This document shows positions 28,570 to 37,862 of a stretch of 64,000 nucleotides of DNA, one piece after another (within the stretch, counting starts at the first letter, position 1; every line of letters begins with the position of its first letter). The DNA lies in the NCBI GenBank assembly GCA_963770205.1, contig CAVYOS010000032.1, positions 23,432 to 87,431 of the forward strand, read 5' to 3'. A program made the position numbers and the translations under genes. The notes beneath the pieces were generated by a model. The model saw only the letters and a list, made by a program, of their open reading frames with translations. It did no database searches and was not told the origin of the DNA. This DNA is from an uncultured Alphaproteobacteria bacterium. Lineage in GTDB: Bacteria; Pseudomonadota; Alphaproteobacteria; Rhizobiales; Aestuariivirgaceae.

Positions 28570-30321
28570 CTATCGCATCGTCAGCCCGTGCTGCGTCTTG
28601 TTCCAGTGATAGGGCCTTCGGATGAATTCCCATACCGCCATCCACGACGCGGCTGAGATCAACAGCCAGTAGAAGGGCAGGGTGGCGACGAGCGGCAGGA
28701 GCGCATCGAGCCGGCGCAGCCTGATGCCTTTGATCTGCGTGGCCATCGCGGCGCCATAGCCCGCGATGAAAACAACAGCGCCGAAGCCCAGTGCGAGCGA
28801 GGCGAGCGCATCGGGCGTACCCGGCGCGCGCGCAATCGGCAGAAGCTTCCAGCCGATGAGAACCAGGAAAAGCGGATGCACGAGCGGCGATGCCACCATG
28901 CTGACGAGCTGCAGGTGGAGAACGGCGAAGCGCGTAAATCCAAGCTCGCGATAAAGCCGGCGCGGATGCCGTGTATGCACGATCGCGGTCTGCATCCAGC
29001 CCTTGATCCATCGCGATCGCTGCCGCATCCAATTGCCAAGCGATGTGTTTGCCTCCTCGACGGTGGTTGCGCTGAACACATCGACGGCGAAACCGCAGCG
29101 GGCGAGCCTGATGCCCAGGTCGGCATCTTCTGTCACATTGAACGGATCCCATCCGCCGATCTTGCGCAGGATGTCGACCCGGAAATGATTTGATGTTCCG
29201 CCGAGCGGAATCGGCCAGCCTTGTTGCCCGAGCACCGGCAGCAGCACGTCGAAGAGCGCTGCATATTCGATCAGCATGTGCCGCGACAGCCAGTTGCTCG
29301 CATGGGCGAAGGTGAGCCGCGCCTGCAAACAGGCAAGGCGCGGCGACCCCGCGGCGAAGATCCCCGCTGCCTGGCGAAGCTGCTGCGGATTCGGCACGTC
29401 CTCCGCGTCATACACGGTCGCCAGTTCGCCGCGCGCGAAGTGAAGCGCATAGCTCAAGGCCCGCGGCTTGGTCTGCGGCCCGCCTGCCGGAACGATGATC
29501 ACCTCGAACTGCTTCATCAATTGGTATTGGCTCAGCGCGTCGCGGGTTGCATGATCGCTTTCTTCGAGGATGATTTTGATGTCGAGCCGGTCGGCTGGAT
29601 AATCCAGCCTGCCGAGCGCCCGCAGCAGGCCGGGCAGCATTTCGGCTTCGCGGAAAAGCGGCACGAAGATAGTGTAGATGGGCAATGCCCGATCGGGAAG
29701 CCTGACGCAGCGGCGTTGCTCGACCGAATTGATTGATGTGAGAGCCAGAAGCCGCACGGCGATCGCTGCAAGAAACACGAGGGAAAACATCATGGCCGCC
29801 GCGACGAAAAGCCCCTCCGGCCGGCCGAGCGCCATAAACCCTGCCTGGACCATGAACACCGCGAGCGCGAACTTCTGCCATGGCCGGGCAGGCTGCCCGG
29901 CTGAAAAATCCGGATGATGCTTCGCCAGCCGGCTCTCGGCGCGCCTGATCAAAATCCTGCCGAATACGTGCTGCAGAGCCAAGGTCAGATCTTGCTTCCG
30001 CATGCGGGCGAGGACCGCGTGCCCGGCATCCCATCCGGACTTGATGGCGCTTATGTCGGCGGCGGCGGCAAAGGGCTCTGGACTGAGATGGCGGATCGGG
30101 AGATATCTTCGCCGCAGGACCTCTTGGATCTCATGAACCCGCAGGGAGCGGCAGGCACGGATAAGGTCGATCAAGGGAATGACAGAGGAATCAAACGTTC
30201 CGGCAGCGATCGGTGGACGCTGCTGTTCACGGGGAAAATACTCTCCCCTTCTCGGGACGAGGTCAATTCGTCGCCGAGACCGCTCTTGTCCCGTTCTGTA
30301 AATCGCCGCCCCCCAGCGCAA
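28570..30321 (-). CDS. Membrane-embedded family 2 glycosyltransferase, processive (cellulose/chitin-synthase-like) type, with an N-terminal cytoplasmic extension
   Basis: VYDAEDVP (DxD), NVTEDADLG (TED) and QRSRWIKGW (QxxRW) motifs, with TM helices on both sides of the catalytic domain. About 170 aa precede the first TM. The start (TTG 30321) is uncertain. Confidence 0.8.
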   Translation of the reverse strand: MRWGAAIYRTGQERSRRRIDLVPRRGEYFPREQQRPPIAAGTFDSSVIPLIDLIRACRSLRVHEIQEVLRRRYLPIRHLSPEPFAAAADISAIKSGWDAGHAVLARMRKQDLTLALQHVFGRILIRRAESRLAKHHPDFSAGQPARPWQKFALAVFMVQAGFMALGRPEGLFVAAAMMFSLVFLAAIAVRLLALTSINSVEQRRCVRLPDRALPIYTIFVPLFREAEMLPGLLRALGRLDYPADRLDIKIILEESDHATRDALSQYQLMKQFEVIIVPAGGPQTKPRALSYALHFARGELATVYDAEDVPNPQQLRQAAGIFAAGSPRLACLQARLTFAHASNWLSRHMLIEYAALFDVLLPVLGQQGWPIPLGGTSNHFRVDILRKIGGWDPFNVTEDADLGIRLARCGFAVDVFSATTVEEANTSLGNWMRQRSRWIKGWMQTAIVHTRHPRRLYRELGFTRFAVLHLQLVSMVASPLVHPLFLVLIGWKLLPIARAPGTPDALASLALGFGAVVFIAGYGAAMATQIKGIRLRRLDALLPLVATLPFYWLLISAASWMAVWEFIRRPYHWNKTQHGLTMR

Positions 30322-30336
30322 CTAACGCGATCATAG

Positions 30337-30353
30337 AATTGTGCATTACAATT
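30337..30353. promoter_or_regulatory. Inverted repeat in the AT-rich divergent promoter region between the GT2 and SBP genes (candidate operator)
   Basis: AATTGT-gcatt-ACAATT lies within the 49-nt spacer between the two divergent start codons. Confidence 0.35.
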
Positions 30354-30370
30354 AATAGGTAACAAAGGAA

Positions 30371-31282
30371 ATGCAACAGAAAATTGCAGGAGATTGCAGG
30401 GAGAAGGCGAAGCTGGCCGTACTGGCCCTCGTATTATCGTGGCTGATCGCACTTTGCCCCGCTGCTGCCCAGGAGGCTGCCGGCACATCCACTCCGCAGC
30501 CCCCCGCAGCCGCCACCAATTATCCCGTCCCGCTCTTTCGCCATATCGACCAGTCGCGCCCGCTGCCCGATCTCAAGGCTGTGGAATCGCTCAGGATCGC
30601 TGTCGATGATGATTTCCCGCCCTTCAGCTACAAGGAACGCACCGGCGCCCTCAACGGCTTCAATGTCGCTGTCGCCAGCGCCATCTGCGAAGATCTGCGT
30701 CTTACCTGCGAATTCTCTGCAAGGTCATGGGACGACCTAATGCCCGCGCTCGAACGTGGCGAAGTCGATGCCGTCATTGCCGGCGTGAAGGTCACCGAAC
30801 AGGCCGTGGAAACTGCCGATTTCACAGGCGCCTATTATCGCTCGCTCGGCCGGTTTGCTGTGCGCAAGCAAAATCCCATCGTCAAGGCCGACATGCGCAG
30901 CCTTGCCGGCAGGCGGCTTGGCGTCATCAAGGGTACGGCTCATGAGGCCTGGCTCACCACATATTTTCCCCGGTCGAACATCCGCCCCTTCGCCTCCATG
31001 CAGGAGGGCCTCGAGGCCTTGCGTCAGGGCGTCGTGGATGCGTTTTTCGGCGATGGCCTGCAGCTCATGTTTTGGCTGTCCGGCAACGCGTCGCAAGACT
31101 GCTGCCGTTTCGTCGCCGGCGCTTACAACGATCCCGATTACTTCAGCCACGGCATGGCAATCGCAGTGAAGCGCGGCAACACCGAGCTGCGCGACGTGCT
31201 CGATTATGGTCTCGACCGCCTGCAGTCTTCGGGCAATTTCGGCGCCATCTTCCGGCGCTACTTTCCTATGAGCCCCTATTAG
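30371..31282 (+). CDS. Periplasmic substrate-binding protein, amino-acid ABC (family 3) type, solitary
   Basis: Signal peptide (KLAVLALVLSWLIALCPAAAQ), then a family-3 fold signature (LRIAVDDDFPPFSY, VDAVIAGV..T, GVIKGTAHE). No permease or ATPase gene is adjacent. Confidence 0.75.
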   Translation: MQQKIAGDCREKAKLAVLALVLSWLIALCPAAAQEAAGTSTPQPPAAATNYPVPLFRHIDQSRPLPDLKAVESLRIAVDDDFPPFSYKERTGALNGFNVAVASAICEDLRLTCEFSARSWDDLMPALERGEVDAVIAGVKVTEQAVETADFTGAYYRSLGRFAVRKQNPIVKADMRSLAGRRLGVIKGTAHEAWLTTYFPRSNIRPFASMQEGLEALRQGVVDAFFGDGLQLMFWLSGNASQDCCRFVAGAYNDPDYFSHGMAIAVKRGNTELRDVLDYGLDRLQSSGNFGAIFRRYFPMSPY

Positions 31283-31710
31283 CGTTGCTGCGGCGGATAG
31301 CTCCGGTGTCGCGCGATCACGCCGCGCTCGATGGCAGCGGTGATGAGCTTGTCGAGATCGAGGGCGTCCCTGAGCATGGAGAGAAACCGCATTTCCTCGC
31401 GCCACACCATCAGGTCGGCCGCGGCGACTTCGCAGGCAAGCGCATAGCCCGTGTCATGGAGCAGGGGCGGCAGGGCATCCTTGACGAGCCCCAGCACTGC
31501 TTCGAGCCCGCCTTTCTCCTGCTGCAAAATCTCACCGCATTCCTGCGCGACGCGTGTCAGCGTCTCGCTGTCGAAAGACTTGAACACCGGCAGGCCCTCG
31601 ACGATGCCTCCGATGCGTTTCAATTCCTTTTCGCCGATGAGGCCGTCGACCCCGCTCATTGTGACCATGATGTAAATGAGCGCCTGGTGATGGTTGATGA
31701 TCTTCGCCAT
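31279..31710 (-). CDS. TerB-like (tellurite-resistance TerB family) small protein
   Basis: 143 aa beginning MAKIINHHQALIYIMVTMSGVDGLIGEKELKRI..., with a TerB-like helical pattern. ATG 31710 has an AGGAAG Shine-Dalgarno. It starts 29 nt downstream of the helicase stop on the same strand. Confidence 0.6.
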   Translation of the reverse strand: MAKIINHHQALIYIMVTMSGVDGLIGEKELKRIGGIVEGLPVFKSFDSETLTRVAQECGEILQQEKGGLEAVLGLVKDALPPLLHDTGYALACEVAAADLMVWREEMRFLSMLRDALDLDKLITAAIERGVIARHRSYPPQQR

Positions 31711-31739
31711 AAGACTTCCTTGCTTGCTACAGGCCCTGA

Positions 31740-34589
31740 CTAAACGCGCTCCGTTCTCGGTGCAAGGCCGGGAAAGCTCGCGATGGTTTCGATCGCCTCG
31801 ACCAGCCCGATGCGTTGGATCGCCATTCCCGGCGGGAAGGCGCTGGTGAAACGTGTGGCGAGCCGCGGGTCGAGTATGACGAACACGCCCTTGTCGCTCG
31901 CCTTGCGAATGAGCCTGCCGAAGGCCTGCCGCAATCTGAGCCTCACGATCATGTCCTGATAGGCATTGCCGCCGAATTCCCGCCGGCGCGCCCTTTCCAG
32001 AATGGTCGGCTGCCCCCATGGCACACGGTCGAGCACAATAAGCCGCAGCGACCGGCCAGGAACGTCCACGCCGTCGCGCACCGCATCCGTTCCCAAAAGA
32101 CAGGCATCGTCGTCGGCGCGGAACATGTCGACGAGCGTGCCGGTATCGATCGGATCGACATGCTGGGCGAAGAGCGTCAACCCGTGCTGGGCGAGGGGTT
32201 GCAGCAGCCGCCGGTGAACGGCTCTGAGCCGCGAAATCGCGGTGAACAGCCCAAGCGCTCCGCCGCCGGATGCCAGAAACAGCTCGCGATAGGCGGCACC
32301 GAGCTGGTCCATGTCTTCGCGATTAACGTCGTTGACCACGATAATCTTCGAATTGCCCGGGTAATCGAAAGGGCTGTCATGCGATATGCGCGCCACCGGA
32401 TAGGGCAAATGCACCACGCCGGTGCGCATTTCCGCATTCTGCCAATCCTCAGGCAACTCGAACGGCCGGTCCTTCAGCGTCGCCGATGTGATGAGCACGC
32501 CGTCGGCCTGTTTGAGCACGGCTTCGGCCAAAGGCTCGGTCGGGTCCACCCAATGACTGTGCAGGCCTACGTCTGTTTCCCGGCCGAAAATCTGCTCCAC
32601 CGAGAACCAGTCGACGAACGTCGGCTCCTGCCGCTCGAGGATACGGCTCAGCATGTCGATCCAGCTTCCGATCATCAGCTGGCCCCGGCGGCGGAGCGAT
32701 CGGGCCACTGCCTCGATGCGCGCCCGCTCAGCGCTGCCGAGTTCGGATGCTTCGTCCTCGAGCTTCTTCATGAGCACCCTTGCAAGCTGCAGCATGGGCC
32801 GTTTGAGGTCGATCAAAGCAGCCGCGAGCATGCCGGCCTCATCCCGCAACCCTTCGACCAGCGGCTGGCAATCGGTCTCCAGCGTTTGCCCGCTGTCGTT
32901 TCCCGATCGTGCCAGAACTTGTTGGCGCACCAGCGACAGGAACAGCTCCGCCGGTCCCTCAGGCACGCCCGCCTGGATGCGTCTTGCCCAACCGGGGCCG
33001 GGAAGTTCGCGGGCGAGGAGCACGGTCGTCTGCAGGAGCTTGTCTGCCTCGTCCTCCTCGCCGATCAGGTCCCCCAGCCTGGCGGCAAGGCTGCGGCCGC
33101 GCCGGCCCTGCACCTCGGGGCCGCGGATCCACCGCCTGAGTTCGGCAGTTTCCTGCGCAGTGAGATGGCCGGAAAAGGCGCTGTCGGCCGCGTCGAACAG
33201 GTGATGGCCCTCATCGAAGATGAGCCGTCGAAGTGTTCCGGAAGTTTCCTGCTCTCCGCCGTCGGCCACTCCGAGTGCATGGTCGACCGCGACCTGATGC
33301 AGCACCAGGGCATGATTGGCGATGACGATCTCCGCTTTGTGGCCCGCCCTGACAGCCTTCTCGATGAAGCATCGCCGGTAATGCGGACAGGCTGAGTAGA
33401 TGCATTCGCCCCTCCTGTCGGTAAGCCCGAGTGACAAAGGCGTTGCCGAGCGGCCTTCCTCGAGGCCGGTTTCCGCGACGAGGCCCATGAGCCACGCAGG
33501 AAAATCTCCCCCCGCCATGTCTCCATCTCGGCTGTGGCGCGCCCACCGGGCGATGAGAGCTGCAATGAGTGCGCTGCGCGGACTTTGCGCCGTGAGCCGC
33601 CCGAACGCTTCCTGCATGTTCAGGAGGCAGAGATAGTTTTCCCGCCCTTTTCGGATAACGATCCTTTCGCGCCGCTCGCCGGGATCTGGATAAAGCCGGG
33701 CAGTTTCCTGCTCCAGCTGACGCTGGAGATTCTTGGTGAAGGTGGAGATCCAAACCGGTGCCGCGTTCTTCCGCGACCACAGATGTGCCGGCGCGAGATA
33801 GGCAAGTGTTTTTCCCAGCCCCGTCCCGGCTTCGGCGAGCAAGATGGTATTCTCGTGCCTCGATTGGCGTGGCGCGAAAGCGCGTGTCGCCGCCGCGCAA
33901 TATGATTTCTGCTGCGGTCGTGCTTCTGCCTCCGCCCCGAGGAGCGTATTCAGTACTCCCAGCGCTTCTTCGGGCTCGACCGCATGCTGCGATGGCTTCA
34001 CCGGCGGCCCGTCCTCTTGCCATTCCGCCAGCCGGTCCCAGACGTTGAGACCGGTGGCGAACACTTCGGTCCCCCCTCGCGCGTCGCTGGGACCAAGCGC
34101 TGCGGCAACAGCTCCAGCCCATGGCCAATTGCTGCGCGCGAGGAAACCGGCAAGCCGCATGACTTCCCTTCGGTACGGATAATCGGCACGGCTGAGATCC
34201 TTCAGAAGCACCTCCGCGCAACGCTGCAGCGCTTTCCCGTCGTCGCTCTCTCTTATCCCGAGCGCGCGTGCGATACCCCTGGGCGTCGGCACCGCGAATT
34301 GCGCGGGGCGCACGAACAGAAACAGTTCGGCGATATCGAAATGCCGTACCTGCGACGCGGCCCGGCGCGTATCCCGCTGTTCATTCGCGATGAGTGCCAG
34401 CCGCTCGATGGTATAGGGAGAATGGCAAACCAGATGCGGCTCGCCCGCGAGGCGTTTTAGGCCCTCCGCCGCACCGAATTCGGCGCTCTCCCCATCGCTG
34501 GTAATGATCACCCCGAGCGCCGTCGCCGCCAGCGCAGCGCGCGGCAGGTCGATCAGCGGATTTTCTATATTGGCAAGATCGTGGCTCAT
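31740..34589 (-). CDS. DinG/XPD-family Fe-S ATP-dependent DNA helicase with an N-terminal extension of about 280 aa
   Basis: Walker A AEAGTGLGKT, DEAH-like IFDEGHHLF, Cys cluster C..Y....CIYSACPHYRRC, and a C-terminal helicase lobe. ATG 34589 (MSHDLANIENP) was chosen over ORF start 34670. Confidence 0.85.
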   Translation of the reverse strand: MSHDLANIENPLIDLPRAALAATALGVIITSDGESAEFGAAEGLKRLAGEPHLVCHSPYTIERLALIANEQRDTRRAASQVRHFDIAELFLFVRPAQFAVPTPRGIARALGIRESDDGKALQRCAEVLLKDLSRADYPYRREVMRLAGFLARSNWPWAGAVAAALGPSDARGGTEVFATGLNVWDRLAEWQEDGPPVKPSQHAVEPEEALGVLNTLLGAEAEARPQQKSYCAAATRAFAPRQSRHENTILLAEAGTGLGKTLAYLAPAHLWSRKNAAPVWISTFTKNLQRQLEQETARLYPDPGERRERIVIRKGRENYLCLLNMQEAFGRLTAQSPRSALIAALIARWARHSRDGDMAGGDFPAWLMGLVAETGLEEGRSATPLSLGLTDRRGECIYSACPHYRRCFIEKAVRAGHKAEIVIANHALVLHQVAVDHALGVADGGEQETSGTLRRLIFDEGHHLFDAADSAFSGHLTAQETAELRRWIRGPEVQGRRGRSLAARLGDLIGEEDEADKLLQTTVLLARELPGPGWARRIQAGVPEGPAELFLSLVRQQVLARSGNDSGQTLETDCQPLVEGLRDEAGMLAAALIDLKRPMLQLARVLMKKLEDEASELGSAERARIEAVARSLRRRGQLMIGSWIDMLSRILERQEPTFVDWFSVEQIFGRETDVGLHSHWVDPTEPLAEAVLKQADGVLITSATLKDRPFELPEDWQNAEMRTGVVHLPYPVARISHDSPFDYPGNSKIIVVNDVNREDMDQLGAAYRELFLASGGGALGLFTAISRLRAVHRRLLQPLAQHGLTLFAQHVDPIDTGTLVDMFRADDDACLLGTDAVRDGVDVPGRSLRLIVLDRVPWGQPTILERARRREFGGNAYQDMIVRLRLRQAFGRLIRKASDKGVFVILDPRLATRFTSAFPPGMAIQRIGLVEAIETIASFPGLAPRTERV

Positions 34590-34642
34590 CGGGCGTCGCC
34601 CTGAGCCTATCCGATTGACGCGGCATTGCGAGCCCTTTACGA

Positions 34643-36316
34643 GTGGCGCGGCATTCCGCACTGATGTCATTCACTTCCATGGCTCTTCCATCCGATTTCC
34701 GCGCCGAAGCGCTCGAGAGTAAGGCTTGGCCTTTCGAGGAAGCGCGCAAGATTCTCGCGCGAATCTCCCGTCGCGCCGCCCCGCCCTCGGAGGTGCTGTT
34801 CGAAACCGGCTATGGTCCTTCCGGGCTTCCTCACATCGGAACATTCGGCGAGGTCGCGCGCACGGCCATGGTCCGCCGCGCCTTCGAAGCCATGTCGGAT
34901 ATTCCCACAAGGCTCATCTGTTTTTCCGACGACATGGACGGTTTGCGCAAGGTTCCCGACAATGTGCCGAACCAGGATCTCATGCGCGGCTATATCGGCC
35001 ACCAGCTTACCAGGATTCCCGACCCCTTCGGCACGCATGAGAGCTTCGGCCAGCATAACAACGCCATGCTGCGGCGGTTCCTTGATCACTTCGGCTTCGA
35101 CTATGAGTTCGCAAGCTCGACCGATTATTACACCTCCGGCCGCTTCGACCGCGCTTTGCTGCGCGTGCTCGAGCTCTATGATGAAGTGATGGCCGTCATG
35201 CTTCCTTCGCTGCGCCAGGAGCGTTCGCAGACCTATTCCCCCTTTCTTCCCATTCATCCCGAAACCGGCATCGTCATGCAGGTGCCGATCGAATCGCGCG
35301 ATCTGAAGGCGGGCACGATCGTCTGGCGCGACCCGCAGTCCGATCGTCGCTACGAGACACCGGTCACCGGGGGACGCAGCAAGCTGCAATGGAAGCCCGA
35401 TTGGGGCATGCGCTGGTACGCTCTGGGCATCGATTATGAGATGGCCGGCAAGGATTTGATCAATTCGGTCAAGCTGTCGGGCCAGATTGCCCGGCTCCTC
35501 GGCGGCGAGCCGCCCGAAGGCTTCAATTATGAATTGTTCCTCGACGAGCGGGGCCAGAAGATCTCGAAGTCCAGGGGCAATGGCCTGACCATCGACGAAT
35601 GGCTGCGTTATGCGAGCCCCGAGAGCCTGCAGCTGTTTATGTACCATAAGCCGCGCGAAGCGAAGCGGCTGTACTTCGACGTGATCCCGCGCAATGCCGA
35701 TGAGTATTTCCAGCATCTTGCGGCTTATCCCCGCCAGGACGCCAAGGCGCGGCTTGCCAATCCGGTATGGCACATCCATGCAGCCTATCCGCCGGTCATC
35801 GACCTGCCGGTGAGTTTTTCCCTTCTTCTCAAGCTGGTGAGCGCCTGCAACGCTTCCGACCGCGACGTGCTGTGGGGCTTCATCCGCAAGCATGTCGCCG
35901 GTGTTTCGCCGGAGACTCACCCCGTGCTCGACCAGCTGGTCGGCTATGCCATTAACTATTTCAATGACGTGGTAAAGCCGGCCAAAAATTACCGGGCACC
36001 CGACGAGGTGGAGCGCCAGGCGCTCCAGGAACTCTCCGATGCCCTTGCCGGGATTCCGCCCAATGCAACGGCGGAGACCATACAGGGCGTCCTATATGAT
36101 GTGGCGCGTGCAATTCCCCGCTACCAGGATATGAAGGCGAAGGGCGCCACGCCCGAGCGACCCGGTGTGTCGCTGGCCTGGTTCAATGCACTTTACCAAA
36201 TCCTTATCGGCGAAGAGCACGGGCCGAGGTTCGGTTCGTTTGTGGCGCTGTTCGGTATGGACGAGACGCGGGCGCTGATCGCCGATGCACTTGCGGGAAA
36301 GTTCATCGAAAAATAG
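34643..36316 (+). CDS. lysK: Class I lysine--tRNA ligase
   Basis: [12 protein letters not shown] (HIGH-like) and KISKSRGNG (KMSKS) motifs. The start could instead be ATG 34664 or 34679. Confidence 0.9.
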   Translation: MARHSALMSFTSMALPSDFRAEALESKAWPFEEARKILARISRRAAPPSEVLFETGYGPSGLPHIGTFGEVARTAMVRRAFEAMSDIPTRLICFSDDMDGLRKVPDNVPNQDLMRGYIGHQLTRIPDPFGTHESFGQHNNAMLRRFLDHFGFDYEFASSTDYYTSGRFDRALLRVLELYDEVMAVMLPSLRQERSQTYSPFLPIHPETGIVMQVPIESRDLKAGTIVWRDPQSDRRYETPVTGGRSKLQWKPDWGMRWYALGIDYEMAGKDLINSVKLSGQIARLLGGEPPEGFNYELFLDERGQKISKSRGNGLTIDEWLRYASPESLQLFMYHKPREAKRLYFDVIPRNADEYFQHLAAYPRQDAKARLANPVWHIHAAYPPVIDLPVSFSLLLKLVSACNASDRDVLWGFIRKHVAGVSPETHPVLDQLVGYAINYFNDVVKPAKNYRAPDEVERQALQELSDALAGIPPNATAETIQGVLYDVARAIPRYQDMKAKGATPERPGVSLAWFNALYQILIGEEHGPRFGSFVALFGMDETRALIADALAGKFIEK

Positions 36317-36373
36317 CGGTGCAACCACTTGCCGGGTTCCAACGTTCAAGAGCGGACAATCTGGAGCAGGGCA

Positions 36374-36631
36374 ATGTGGCAGGCGACTGATACCCCCGAC
36401 GTTTCATTTCTTAGACTTGCTGGGATCGCCCTCGTGGTTCTGGCTCTGGCCGCCGGTTGCATAAGCTTGATCGGGCTCACCTTCGCGAAACCCGAGCCGC
36501 AATTGCTTGCCCAGCAGGCGGCGCAATTGGAACGGGGAGCCGAGGCTCTGTTCCGCCAGGTGGATGCCGCGAACGCAGCACGCCACGCACCCCCTGATGA
36601 GTTCATCAGCTTCGAAGGAGTGCAGCAATGA
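36374..36631 (+). CDS. Small single-pass membrane protein (hypothetical)
   Basis: ATG 36374 has a GGAG Shine-Dalgarno 7 nt upstream. TM segment is LRLAGIALVVLALAAGCISLIGL. Its stop overlaps the start of the next gene (ATGA). Confidence 0.5.
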   Translation: MWQATDTPDVSFLRLAGIALVVLALAAGCISLIGLTFAKPEPQLLAQQAAQLERGAEALFRQVDAANAARHAPPDEFISFEGVQQ

Positions 36632-37812
36632 ATATGAGACGTCTGCTCCTGGGAACGGCTGCCGCCGCCGGGCTGCTGGTTGTGACCGCGGCCGGCGATC
36701 CTGTGTTCATTTCGCCGGTGAGCCAAGCTCAGGCCGCAGTTTCTGCCAGCATTAGCATCGGCGTATTCTATGACCGCCTTTCTGGCCATGGCGATTGGGT
36801 AACCTTCCGTGACGATTATGTGTGGGTTCCCCGTGTCGATGTGGGCTGGCGCCCCTATGCTCACGGCCACTGGATTTACGTAAACACCTATGGCTGGTAC
36901 TGGGTATCCGACGAGCCCTTCGCCTGGGCCGTCTATCATTACGGCCGCTGGGGATTCGATCGTGAGATCGGCTGGTATTGGGTCCCAGGTCGGCGCTGGG
37001 CGTCCGCATGGGTTGTCTGGAGCCACACCGATGATGAGATCGGTTGGGCCCCGTTGCCGCCCGATTACGATGATGACGACATTGACGTCGCCATATCGAT
37101 AAGCAGCGTTCCGGTGCACTACTGGAACGTCGTTCCGATCAATGTGTTCGTTTCGGTCGATATCGATCGCCACATCATCCGTGACCGCGACCGCGTGCGC
37201 CATATCGTCGAAGCCGGTGACACCAAGACCGTGGTCGTTCAGAACAATGTCGTCGTGAACAATTTCATCGACATCGATGTGATCGAGCAGAAGACCAAGC
37301 AGGATGTGGTGGTCTATCAGCCGAAGCCAGCCGAAACTCCCGAAGCAGCCGGTAAGGCGGAAGGTCAGGCCATCGCCGTCTTCGACGCCGAAGTGAAGGA
37401 GGAGCCCGGTGCCAAGCCGGCCAAGGCGAGGAAGGCGGAAGAAATAGCCAAGGAGAAGAAGGCATCGGGCACGATGCCCGAAGAGCCCGCATCCGGCACC
37501 GCTTCGCAGGAGCCTGCTGCCGAAGCTGAAGGCGAGGCGGTTCAAGGCGAGCAGCCAGTGAAAAAGAAAAAGACGCAGGAGGCGACTGAGGAGCAGCCCG
37601 CTGTCGAAACTAAAGGCCAGGCGGTTGAAGGCGAGCAGCCAGTGAAAAAGAAAAAGACGCAGGAGGCGACTAAGGAGCAGCCGGCCAGCACCGAAAAGGC
37701 GCTTGAGACGGCTCCGGAAACAGCCCCTGAGGGAAAGGCCGCCGAGCAGCCGCAGAAGAAGGAACAGAAAAAGGCATGCGACCCTGCCAAGGAGCAGTGC
37801 GCGACGGAGTAA
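36628..37812 (+). CDS. Secreted Trp/Tyr-rich repeat protein with a Lys/Glu/Pro/Ala-rich repetitive tail (hypothetical)
   Basis: Signal peptide MNMRRLLLGTAAAAGLLVV, then aromatic repeats (HGDWV..YVWVP, HGHWIYVNTYGWYWVSDEPFAWAVYHYGRWGF, GWYWVPGRRW). The tail is low-complexity, contains two 28-aa repeats and ends in CDPAKEQC. Confidence 0.7.
   Translation: MNMRRLLLGTAAAAGLLVVTAAGDPVFISPVSQAQAAVSASISIGVFYDRLSGHGDWVTFRDDYVWVPRVDVGWRPYAHGHWIYVNTYGWYWVSDEPFAWAVYHYGRWGFDREIGWYWVPGRRWASAWVVWSHTDDEIGWAPLPPDYDDDDIDVAISISSVPVHYWNVVPINVFVSVDIDRHIIRDRDRVRHIVEAGDTKTVVVQNNVVVNNFIDIDVIEQKTKQDVVVYQPKPAETPEAAGKAEGQAIAVFDAEVKEEPGAKPAKARKAEEIAKEKKASGTMPEEPASGTASQEPAAEAEGEAVQGEQPVKKKKTQEATEEQPAVETKGQAVEGEQPVKKKKTQEATKEQPASTEKALETAPETAPEGKAAEQPQKKEQKKACDPAKEQCATE
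37537..37684 (+). repeat. In-frame 84-bp tandem repeat (about 1.8 copies) inside the preceding CDS
   Basis: Copy 1 (37537-37620) and copy 2 (from 37621) share about 62 nt with 2 mismatches: GCGGTT(C/G)AAGGCGAGCAGCCAGTGAAAAAGAAAAAGACGCAGGAGGCGACT(G/A)AGGAGCAGCC. This encodes AV(Q/E)GEQPVKKKKTQEAT(E/K)EQP. Confidence 0.9.
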
Positions 37813-37862
37813 TCCGTACTTTATGAAAGAGAAGGCGCCGCCGGTCCCAAGCCGGTGGCGTC

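Noticed and set aside
28479-31710. tRNA-Gly as the integration site of a genomic island (GT2, orphan SBP, TerB)
   Set aside because: There is no integrase or other mobility gene, no visible direct repeat of the tRNA 3' end downstream, and no obvious compositional break by eye.
37537-37684. The tandem repeat as a CRISPR-like or non-coding VNTR array
   Set aside because: There are only about 1.8 contiguous copies with no spacers. The repeat is in frame inside a CDS and encodes a duplicated 28-aa peptide.
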